DNA of 64,000 nt. Origin: Octopus sinensis. Its lineage: Eukaryota. Under the pieces are notes generated by a model that saw only the letters and a program-made list of their open reading frames with translations, had not been told where the DNA came from and did no database searches. Where the stretch lies: the NCBI RefSeq assembly GCF_006345805.1, contig NC_042997.1, forward strand, positions 67,270,001 to 67,334,000, read 5' to 3'. Positions within the stretch are counted from its first letter, which is position 1; the number at the start of each line of letters is the position of its first letter. Shown piece by piece: positions 1-10,214 of this stretch. Both the position numbers and the translations under genes were made by a program.

Positions 1-1791
1 ACCTGTCACACTCAACAACAACTTCACATCAGCCCCAAACATCTTTACATGCTTGCAAACAACATTCGCAAACATCACATTCCACTCCACCTTATGTCAC
101 ACGATGTGGTAGAACAGTAACTTGCCCACATAAACTGTCCAAAACTATCTATATTTAATCACCTTTTCGAATTTACATAAACTGTGTCTGTCGATGCACC
201 ACCTGTTTTGAACAAACTGTACAGTTTAACAAACTGTACAGTTTAACAAACTGTTTTGCTGCATTTTCTCTTTGCATATTTTATTACAAGTATTTCGTAT
301 GTTTTATGCGTTTGCTTTTACATGTTTCTGTTATTTTATACGCATAATCTTGGGTTTGCATGCATTGTTTACATATTGCCATCTTCCATGATTTATCCCT
401 TTTCCACGCTCTTCGTGTCTCTGTTCTTCCTTGTGTAACACGGGCAACCACATTGCCTACAGTTTAACTCTTTGCCTGCTTGACCTTTTTATTCCTTTCG
501 GCCCGCAGGAGGGTAATGTAGGCAACACTTTTTGAAACAGGTTTGTAGTCCGCAAAATATTCGTTGGGAGTCAGCTACAGTTATCTCCCCTGTCGAATGT
601 TCTAGAACATTCAATGCAAACATTGGCTAGCTCCCCCTTTGCTAGCATACAGGGCGTAACTGCTAAACCACACACAGGAAGGCGTTAGAAGCAATATCGC
701 CTACTTAAGAGCGAATTCCAAATGAATTCCTCTCTTGCGACGAGGTCAACATCAGAAAGAGAGCTAGGTACACGGATTCGATATTCATTCCTACCAGCAA
801 CTCGCTATGGTATCCTACGCCTAGTACCTATTTGAAAATAATTTTTATAGTTTGAATTCCTCCTATTTTCTCACTGTCATCGTGGAATATGGTAAGATGT
901 TCAGAACCTTTTACTTCAATCCCAGATAACTTTATTGAACATTGTGTACTCACTGTGTGAATTAGTTTGTTATGCATCTGAATAAAGCCTTAGATACGAA
1001 GTTGTTCACGCACGGATACAAGTGTTGTTGTTACTTACTGCATCAGAGGCATTTCACAGTCAGTCTAGTCATTAAAGTGTTGATAACTTCATTAGCGACT
1101 TACTTCGCAAAACTGTCAAAGACTAACTATAACTTTGTTACCACATCGTGTCTCTGACATCTCGACACATCGAATCTGTTTCATGTCTTTATGTGCAACA
1201 ACACACGCCTTCTAACAAGACAGCTTTCGTATTTAGCATTGAAGAAATGATCGTGCACCGATTTCACTGCTAACACGTCAGTCACGATGCCTTTTCTAAT
1301 CTGATTCCAAGCCAGGCGCATTTAGAGAACCCATTTAGTATGGCCTTTGTTGAGCAGAGAAAACGTACGAGAAGTCGTATATTTTGGTCTCGAAGAGGGG
1401 ATACTCGAATTTTCTTGATTAGAATGACCTTGAAAAGCCACTCCTAGAACGTTGTTGTCTACTCTGTTACAGAAAATTTCCACGTCTCTTGAAAAATGTT
1501 TAAGGGTCGTGTATACTTCTGATAACGCTTTCAGTAGGAGTATGCTGGTATTTTAGGGCAAAACTTCCTTGAGCCCTCTCGTTTTATTTGTATTTTTCCT
1601 TTTTGTTATATATTCCACCAACTCATTTGTATTTATACCAGTAACGTTGCGAAGTAGAGTTTTTTTGTGTGTGCTTGTTCGGTTGTTGGTATTGCTTGAC
1701 AGGCATTTTGTTTTTTAACTCCGAGAGGTTGAAAGTAAAGTTAACGCGAGATTTGAACCCAGAAGGTAAAGAATAGCGCTGGTTAATAATA

Positions 1792-1998
1792 TCGGTTTCA
1801 AATTTTGGCACAAGGCCAGCAGGTTTTGGGGAGGGGTTGCATCGACCCCAGAGTTCAACTGGTCCTTATTTCATAAAGCCTGAAGGGATGAAAGGCAAAG
1901 TCGACCTCGACAGAATTTGAACTTAGAACATAGGGATGGACGAAATGCCGCTAAGCATTTTGCCCGGCGCGTTAACGATTCTGCCAACTCGCCGCCTT
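1792..1998 (-). mobile_element. tRNA-derived SINE, family A
   Basis: Reverse complement reads aaggcggcgagttggcagaatcgttaac...aagttcaaattc, with A- and B-box-like motifs. Same family as 9993-10205, 20088-20293 and 25468-25685. Confidence 0.85.
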
Positions 1999-2249
1999 CG
2001 CGTTGGTTAATAATCCTTTCTATTATAGGCACAAGGCCTGAAATTTCGCGTTGGCAAAGAAACATCAGCAATTAGCTCACCACAACTTGTCTAAATTTAC
2101 ACGGGATACACAAGCCAAAATTTCATGGCACTACAAGACAAAATTCGCGTACAAGAACTCAGTATCAATTACACTTGTCGAATGCTTAGTTGATACATAT
2201 GTATGTTAACATTAAAGCAGACAGCTAACAACAACGAGAGCTAAAATCT

Positions 2250-2420
2250 ACGTGATTGCTTGATTTGCACGAAATAATTGCCGAATTGTTCTCAAATCGT
2301 ACGCTACTGTCTTAAAAGGGAACAAGATGCATTAGATAATGTAATCCTAAGTATGCTAAAAAAAAAAAAAGACGGGATGGTTATAACTAGAATGCCATTA
2401 ATCCGAGATCTGCTCGATTA
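2250..2420 (+). mobile_element. Dispersed repeat segment (element X), immediately upstream of the U6-like sequence
   Basis: gacgggatggttataactagaatgccattaatccgagatctgctcgat aligns with the reverse complement of about 21985-22140 (gacaggatggtcatgtctggagagcctttgattatgaatctgttagat). Confidence 0.6.
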
Positions 2421-2513
2421 ATTACATGTCCTAAAATTGGAACACTAAAGAAATGAGTAGCATGGCCTCTGCGCAAGGATGACACGCAAAGTCGTGAAGC
2501 GTTCGATATTTTT
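2411..2513 (+). pseudogene. U6: U6 snRNA-derived sequence (probable retropseudogene)
   Basis: ctaaaattggaac and tagcatggcctctgcgcaaggatgacacgcaaagtcgtgaagcgttcgatattttt match metazoan U6, with about 3 mismatches over the 3' 58 nt. The ACAGAGA box (actaaagaaatga) and the 5' stem are disrupted. Confidence 0.9.
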
Positions 2514-2580
2514 AAATAGCGGTGCTCCAACATGGCCACAACTCGCAAACTGAAACGGGTAAAAGAATGTAAAAATAAAA

Positions 2581-2850
2581 GAGTAATAAAAACAATAACA
2601 AATAAACAATAGTCTTTGTATATTTTCTTTATCTGAGTTTCATGCTGTACAGCATATCGGGCTGTCCTTGGACAGCTTCAGTAGCACATCAGTTGTATTC
2701 TTTGTAAAAAAAAAAGAGTAATAAAAACAATAACAAATAAACAATAGTCTTTGTATATTTTCTTTATCTGAGTTTCATGCTGTACAGCATATCGGGCTGT
2801 CCTTGGACAGCTTCAGTAGCACATCAGTTGTATTCTTTGTAAAAAAAAAA
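2581..2850 (+). repeat. Exact 135-bp tandem duplication
   Basis: 2581-2715 is identical to 2716-2850, including a 10-A run at the end of each unit. Confidence 0.95.
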
Positions 2851-3813
2851 GAGGTGGGTTCTGTCGGAAGATGTTACTAACCTCTCGTTTAAACCTTTTC
2901 CATTACTAGAGAAAATAATGTTATAAATGGTCAAACCCCTCTCCAAAGCGCAAGCCCTTCCCAAAGCGCAATGGACCCGTTTACCAGAAAGACAAAGAGA
3001 GAGGGAGAAAAGAATAGCCCCCAGTAGTTCATTGCTAAATTTTATTTATCATCCTTGTAATGATGAAAGGCAAGGTTGACTTCAGTAGGATTTCGACTCA
3101 GAAGACAGAAAACATCGATAAACACTACATGCCATTCTATCCAAAATCTATCGACACTTCTATTTCACCGCCTACTAGCCATAAATTGCTTCATTTAGCT
3201 TTCAGTGAAATGAAAGAATATCTGTTGCAAAACCTATTTGAAGAGCCACATTGATGGCGATTCTTAAACTAAAGATGTTTAACTTGTCTTTGATGTTTGT
3301 AACACGGGGAAAAACGATGATGTGGTTATCATGTTAATTTGATGCTAACGAAAAACCAAGTTGAGCAAACAGTAACTCTCATTTATATAACACCAATTAG
3401 AAATTCTATGATGTACATGTAATGTGAGAAGCAAGATAATAAAGTTAAAAGTAGCAAATAAATACACACACACTCATGCATGTAAATATACATGTATGTA
3501 TGTATGTATGTATGTATGTATATTAGCGACGGAAGCAGTATTAGAACCAAATGGCAATCTTTGACAAACTTAACGTGGATGTCTTATTAGAATACCGAAC
3601 ACTGCATTATCAACTTTGAGAGAACCTTTCAAATAGGCGTTTGATGCATAAAAGCTCAAACATAAATTAGAATAATCTGTTATGGGCGCCAGAACTCCCA
3701 TACCACGTGATTTTAGTCTACTGGCTATTTGTGATATCAGTGTCTGAAAAGATGTTAAAAAGATCTGATTTTTCTATATATCGTAGCAGCGAGATTTGCC
3801 TAGTATGCAGTGA

Positions 3814-3873
3814 CCGGACGTCTCCTACTGATGATGTCGGGTATAATGAAATCACATGATACTGGATTTCCGG
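3814..3873 (+). ncRNA. Degenerate type I hammerhead-ribozyme-like motif
   Basis: CTGATGA at 3828-3834; GAAA at 3848-3851; stem III TCA-CA-TGA followed by TA; distal stem I CCGGA/TCCGG. The bases of stems I and II are mismatched. Confidence 0.4.
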
Positions 3874-4789
3874 TGCCCATACTGCGTGAATAGTTTACTT
3901 AGAAACATGTCAATAAGGATCCCAAAAATTCTAACTGAAATAATTTTTAATGATAACCCAGTTAATGATGTTGATAAGATTGAAAATAGAATATAATTTT
4001 GATATTACTAAACTTGATATGCTACTTAACCAACTTACTATCCCTAATCATATTAATACAGCTGTCATTGATAAAAGTATAAACTCTAAGCATCTAAATA
4101 CACCACTCTCCATGACAAATACTAAAGGATAACGTATCTCATAAACAAATTGCTGACCATCACACTTACAATCCTAACTGTAATATATTGTGGAAAATAA
4201 ATTATAGAAACACTAAGAATAGAAGAAAATACTCTTCAACTAAACATACAAGTACCACCAAAAATAATTATTATAATTCTACAACATACTATCAAAGTAT
4301 CGAATATAATAAGCAAATTAATAATCAATGCAATCTATAATAAATAATTATTTGTTATACAATTCTAATTTATAAACTAAAATAGATAAGAAAAATAACT
4401 TTAGTATTTTCTGGTATCAATAGCAATATTCATAACTAGCTGAGCCTATGCCGTCAAAATTGATGGCTAATTGTAATATTTTAAATATAAATATGAATGG
4501 TGAATCAAATTAATACACTTGTCAATGTTATCTAGTGGTTGTCTTTTGAGATGTGACATCGCGCATCGTTTGTTACTGAAAGAACGCTGGTTCACACATA
4601 CATTCACATACTTCTTTTGTACACGCATACACACATATACTCACACAGAGCTGAAACTCTGATTTTTCTTTTCAGTGTTGAATGTTCACCATCCCACTTC
4701 TATTGCACACACACACACACACACAAACATTCACATACCTGCCTTTTACATATACACACATATACTCACACTACCAGTTTGACATTACC

Positions 4790-4925
4790 CCTTCCTTAGT
4801 CATCTATCACCCCTTCCTTCCTAATTCATCTATCACCCTTCCTTCCTTAGTCATCTATCACCCCTTCCTTCCTAATTCATCTATCACTCTTCCTTCTCTA
4901 TACATCTATCATCCCTTCCTTTCTA
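4790..4925 (+). repeat. Pyrimidine-rich minisatellite, about 48-bp unit x about 3
   Basis: Repeated cttccttagtcatctatcaccccttccttcctaattcatctatcaccc. Confidence 0.85.
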
Positions 4926-4997
4926 ATTCATATGTTGTGACAGAGAAAAACACAAGAGTATTACTACAGTAGATACTTCCCAATCTAGAAATGCTAA

Positions 4998-5270
4998 TTG
5001 CCTTTTAATAATTCACTTTCTGAAGTAAATAATTATTCTTTTGCTATTCCAAACGTAGGTACTAGAAAAAAAAAAGGCCCCAGAAAAGTAAATATTCCTT
5101 GGTACAATGTTCCATTTTCATTGAATGTTAAAGCAAAAGTTCCACAGTTGCTTAAAATACTTACGGAAAATTTTCGATCACTGCATAAATTATCATATCT
5201 TTAATAAGTCGATTATTAAACTATCTTATTCTACTACATATAACCTAGCCTCTATTAAAGCGACTTTAAA
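4998..5270 (+). mobile_element. Penelope-like element remnant (RT-to-GIY-YIG linker region)
   Basis: RKVNIPWYNVPFSLNVKAK...LHKL, then after a frameshift FNKSIIKLSYSTTYNL. This resembles the PLE motif IIWFNPPFSxNV...IFNRNTxKLSYS. Confidence 0.7.
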
Positions 5271-5288
5271 TCGCTCTAAGCTACTGTC

Positions 5289-5427
5289 ATCTTAGTAATT
5301 GTATGGGCACCGGGGGAACACTGTTAAAAACTTTGTTGGAGAACTTGGAATTGACATGAAGGTAGAACATGCTAAAAAAACTGCTCTATTGGAGACAGCC
5401 AAAATTCCACCATTTTCTTTACTCTGA
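5289..5427 (+). mobile_element. 3' end of a REL-endonuclease non-LTR retrotransposon (R2/R4/NeSL-like)
   Basis: ILVIVWAPG / TVKNFVGELGIDMKVEHAKKTALLETAKI resembles the C-terminal VVGALG...LGI...QKTALLGTARIL motif. Confidence 0.6.
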
Positions 5428-5710
5428 TCGCTTCTGGTGATAGGCCTTTGTGTCTGAAATATATAAATGTTTCTAAACCTTTTCCCTTTTTGCATTGTAA
5501 GAATCTCTCCGTCTTCATTATTTTGTTATTTTACTTCTTTATCACAATATTTCAACCAAGCTTTTACGCTCTTCTTTTATAATACAATATTGTGATACAC
5601 TTGTGCATATTATTTTTTCTGTACTTTAAATGACTATTTTGTACTAGAACAGGCTAAATTCTTCTTTTGTACTAGAACAGGCTAAATTCTTCTTTATAAC
5701 TCCTCATAAC

Positions 5711-6103
5711 TTTTTTATACTTTGGAATTTTCAGAAAATTTTTGCGAATTTGTGTTCTACACGCGGGAAGTCATACGACTATGCAAAAACCAAAACAATT
5801 TTTTTTGTGGGTGTAATTTAAGTTGCTATTTTTAGCGCATCCCTCGACCACTTCATACCATCCTCGTTTGTTAGTCACTCTAACATATTGATATTTTTCA
5901 ATATCTTTCTCCCCATAAACACATTTAATGGTCTTTTGCTGGGATTTAAGCCAAAATTTCGAACTGTCCATATTTTAAACCGTGATTTTTTTTTTAAATC
6001 GAAAAATTAAAACAATTTTTTTATGCATGGTCGTATGAATTTCTGTGTGTAGAACAAAAATTCGCAAAAAAGTTTTTGAAAATTCCAAAAAATAAAAAAA
6101 ATT
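5711..6103. mobile_element. MITE-like element with about 70-80 bp inverted arms
   Basis: 5721-5785 (tttggaattttcagaaaatttttgcgaatttgtgttctacac...) is the reverse complement of about 6023-6090. Confidence 0.75.
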
Positions 6104-6680
6104 AGTATATGCCGTGCGTAAAGCAGAATTCCTCCCTAGAACAATTTTGTAAAAATCCAAAACTGTATGAACTAGATTGAACAATTTCCTTTCTTTGCTC
6201 AGCTAACTGACATTTGAAAATTTAATTCGCATTGCATGTCTATTGTTGTACGTTATTAAATTCACTACAAGCATAAACATGCATTTGTCCTGGTTCCTTA
6301 ATTTCATTCGTTTGTCTTATTACAAACACACTGGAGGATAGCAGTGATTGACTTCCTTGAATTTGAACCTGCAATGTTTAAGTTTGAAAGTCACAACTGT
6401 TGGCATATAGCATTTATCATATTTGGTAATGTTGATCAGAAATAACTGTCACTAGCGATTGACCTGAGTTATTTTAGCCAATATCCGTCAACTCTATTAT
6501 AACGCCTACAGTCATTTTTTCCCCAGTTAATCATCTTTGGCATGAGTTTTATAGATCATTAACAGACCTTTAGGGGGCTAATTTTCACTTCTAAAAGTCC
6601 CATGAAATAATCTTTTATCTTTTACTTGTTTCAGTTATTAGACTCCAGTACTTATTTTCTTTTTAAGCCTGGTACTTATT

Positions 6681-7372
6681 CTATCGGTCTCTCAATACTC
6701 TCAATACTATTTCTCCCAACGTCACCGTCTCCGCCAAATTTTCCAGTTGCTTCGACTCCACTTGTATGATGATTTCCAATGTTTTTCCTTTATATCCTCC
6801 TTCCTTCGTCTCTGTGGCTTGGAGGACAGCCACCTCTTCCTCACTACCAGCGAGGACGGCTGCCGCAACCCAAGCCACTTCTATATCGGGTGGGATTCCT
6901 TCTACCCTCACCTTGGAAGTCTTTCTTCCAAGGTACGTGGGTAGAAGTACTACTTCCTCTGTTCTCACCGTTGTACTCGCCAGTCTCTTTGCCTCCTCCG
7001 CTGTCCTAAACTGGACAACTACCGTCCCATATCCATTTCCTTTCGCTATGTATATCACTTCTTTCGAAAGCCCCTTCAATGCTTTTTCTACTTTTTCCAA
7101 CTCCATCCGCTCCACCTTCCTACCCTCCACTGAGTACACCATATTTTCCATGACGCTTTCGGAGGCAATAACTTTACATCATCGCCCACCTTCTGTGTCA
7201 TCTTACACAGCTCCTTCAGTCCGGCTAGGTCCACCTCGCTTTTCTTCACCTCTGCAGCCTCAGCAAAACTCTTTACTCTTTCCAAATGCTTGTCCATTAC
7301 ATTTACCGCCTTAACGAGCTCCTCCTCCGCTGAGGACAGCTCATACTTCGCGAGAAGCAAACTTCTTACCAC
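6681..7372 (-). mobile_element. Truncated, frameshifted LINE ORF1-like (gag-like) coding remnant
   Basis: Two overlapping minus-strand ORFs (7088-7372, charged and coiled-coil-like; 6681-7151, with RRM-like spacing VVVQF...LLPTY...VRVEGIPPD). GC-richer than the flanks, intronless, and lying antisense in a GPCR intron. The family assignment is an inference. Confidence 0.5.
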
Positions 7373-7791
7373 ACAGCCACACCTGCACCTATTCTAGAAT
7401 TACCACTGTATTCAGTACTCTGTATAAATGTGCCTTATTGCTATGTGTCTTTACGCCCACATATAAACATTTTTATCCCCTAATTTTCTATGAGATTATT
7501 ATTGATGTAACCGGAGGCTTTGAAATATTTCAGCTCTCATCTTTTGATAATCTTATTGGTTCTTGATTCACACATCACAACACAGTGCATGTTATGTATA
7601 TAAAAATATTTAGTGTTATCAATAAACATTGTAGAAGATAAATCTTTCCTCTCATTATTATCGATCATACGTGTTAAGCATAACATACCTGCCTTTACAA
7701 GCATGAATGAAAACAGGTTAAATTAATATTTTTGCTGTTTAATACCAGTAAAACGAAAAACAAATATACCTTTTTATTTTGTTTTTAATAG

Positions 7792-7833
7792 GGTTTATTT
7801 GTGGCTATCCTGCTCTGTTTTGTCAATGAAGAG
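7792..7833 (+). CDS. Class B1 GPCR exon: TM7 (GLFVAILLCFVNEE)
   Basis: 42-bp phase 0-0 exon after a ttttaatag acceptor. Matches the secretin-family GFFVAxLYCFxNxE motif. The donor is GCAAGT. Confidence 0.85.
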
Positions 7834-8099
7834 GCAAGTATTATAAAATTATCAATTATTTTTTCAAATAAAATCATGTGATTCGTGTTTAAAACAATAA
7901 TTTTATTAGAATGTAAAGGTCACTGGAGTAGACCCTTGGTCCAGATTAAACTATTATGTTCTGATTGTTAATATGTCAATATATTACGACCGCTAAATCG
8001 TATTTAAATTACATATCTAACGAATGAGTCCTTTTCTCTGGAAATCATCATCCTATTTATGAAGTTATTTACAAATTCTTAACGTGTCTTTATTTGCAG

Positions 8100-8234
8100 G
8101 TGATATCAGTAGTAAGACGGAAAGTCAATCAATATTTGCTACATTCTGGTCAACTAGATATTAGACAGTCAAATATATCTTCAGCTATGGAGAGTACAGC
8201 TCTTTCACCTAAGAAACCTATTAGTCATGTTGAC
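8100..8234 (+). CDS. Class B1 GPCR exon: helix 8 and start of C-tail (VISVVRRKVNQYLLHSG...SHVD); calcitonin/CGRP-receptor-like
   Basis: tttatttgcag acceptor, 135-bp open phase 0-0 exon, gtgagt donor. EVISVVRRKVNQY resembles CALCRL EVQAILRRNWNQY. Confidence 0.8.
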
Positions 8235-8946
8235 GTGAGTTTTAATTTTCTTTTACATCTTTAAACCCACGATTTGCTTTCAATGAAAGAATTCAATGTC
8301 GAACTATTCATGAAATCTGTTGCATGATGTTAAGCACGTATACATGGTTATTGCAAATTTGAACAAGAGAAAGAACTCTAAACGAAAATTAATGACACGA
8401 AAATGCTTTCGAAATAATACTTGTATTTAAACACAACCATTACTTTGGTTAGGGTGTTTGGTGTTTGATTCCATTTCTAAATATTCTCCCGAACCAATTT
8501 TATTCCTTTGCAGTTTCTTTTGGTTGTTTTTACACATTAATTTTGGCTGACATTTATTTGATGGACAAGAATTGTTTCTACCAACGATTTCTCGTTCACT
8601 GCCACAGCAGTATCTTCTCACCTGGTTTATACAACTCAAAACCACTTCTGTTTAAATGTCTTTGGATTATATAGCTTACTAGACAGAAGGATAGATAGAT
8701 AGATACGCACAAACAGGGCTGTTCGAACTTCTAGTAAATTTTATGAGGAGTAATGAGAAGAACGATTGATGCGTAGATGAATGGGTCAATTCATGTTTAC
8801 GCTTGTAGATTAACAACAAGGACTATATATTTTCAGTGTTGCTGAGGCTAACCTACATCTGTGTATGCCAGAGTTGGCCAAACTTGCTTAATGTAAGAGC
8901 CACGTTCGATAAAGTTCAGATGTTTGAGAGCCACCAGACATGAACA

Positions 8947-9538
8947 AAATTTGGTGGAGCCGGAGAACAGTCACCTCCATCCATAAAACTGACCTTTCCG
9001 ATTTTTTTTTTCGCCGGATTCCTATGTTTTCGATGACGGAGATTCCGAATATGCAAAAGACCACGTTTTCAAAATTTTTAATTCCCCCCTTCCCCCAACA
9101 TTTTTTATTTTAAACTTTTTTTCGAAATTGTTTTTTCAAAACTACGTGGAAAAATACGAAGATTAAGAATATGGGGGGGGGGGCAAATTTTAATTTCAAA
9201 TTTTTTATGAAAACTCCGAAATTGATCCGCACCCCCATTCCGATGTGTGGGTCAATTTTGGAGTTTTTCATTAAAAATTTGAAATTAAAATTTGCTTTCC
9301 CCACCCCCTATATTCTTATCTCCGTATTTTTCACGTAGATTGAAAAAGAATTTCGAAGAAAGTTAAAAATTAAAAATGATGGAGGGGGAGAGGGGGAAAT
9401 TTAAAATTTTTCAAACGTAATTTTTTTGCATATTTGGTATCTCCGTCATCGAAAACATAGGAATCCAGTGAAAAATAAATCGGAAAGGTCAGTTTAGGAG
9501 ATGGGTGGTTAACTGTCCTTCAGTTCCACCCAAAATTT
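8947..9538. mobile_element. About 590-bp fold-back palindromic element (MITE-like)
   Basis: The whole left half is the reverse complement of the right half (e.g. ctgacctttccgattt / aaatcggaaaggtcag; cctatgttttcgatgacggagat / atctccgtcatcgaaaacatagg). Centre is near 9240. Confidence 0.9.
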
Positions 9539-9992
9539 ATACATATGTTTTTGTTACTCATTTTGTTACAAAAATTCTATATAAATATTAAGAAATCTAT
9601 GTAAGCAATAATATTTGTTCATGTATGCAGATTTTTAAACTGTTAATTTGTATCAGTTTCAGTAATCACAAAATACACACATATATATTACCAAATGTTT
9701 TCAAAATCTTGACTGATGATTGTTTTAACTATATTGAGCATACTTAATGTGGTAATGAACTACGGTAACGTCTAAGAAAAATGTACAAATTTGCATTTCA
9801 GTAGCATAAAATTAAACTGCCAAAAAGGAAAAAAATTATATTTTTAATGATATTTATTTGTCTTAGTAAATATCTGGTCAAAACATGGAGGAAAATATGT
9901 TAAAAAAAAAAAAGCAAACCAATAGAATTTGAGATATTTTAATCAGATATCACCTTACAAAATTACCATCTTATAATATTTTTATGAGAAAC

Positions 9993-10205
9993 AAGACAGC
10001 GAGCTGGCAGAAACATTAGTACGATGGTTGAAATGCCCAGTGGTATTTTGTCTCTCTTTACGTTCTGAGTTCAAATTCCACTGAGTTCGACTTTGCCTTT
10101 CATCCTTTCGGGGGTCAATAAATTAAGTGCCAGTTGTGTACTGAGGTTGATCCAATCAGCTTGCCCCCTCCCCAAAAATTTCACGTCTTGTGCCTAGAGT
10201 AGAAA
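9993..10205 (+). mobile_element. tRNA-derived SINE, family A
   Basis: gagctggcagaaacattagt...gagttcaaattccactgagttcgactttgcctttcatcc. It abuts the truncated hAT transposase. Confidence 0.85.
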
Positions 10206-10214
10206 AGAATATTT

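Noticed and set aside
500-1600. GC-richer block with small palindromes (gaatgttctagaacattc at 595-612), possibly an LTR or transposon
   Set aside because: No partner LTR, PBS, TIR or recognisable protein motif was found in the translations I checked.
2381-2386. TTATAA about 25-30 bp upstream of the U6-like sequence, resembling a U6 Pol III TATA box
   Set aside because: It lies within element X, whose other copy (about 22015, minus strand) reads GGTCATGTCTGG here. It is probably a chance variant, and the U6 copy lacks the ACAGAGA box anyway.
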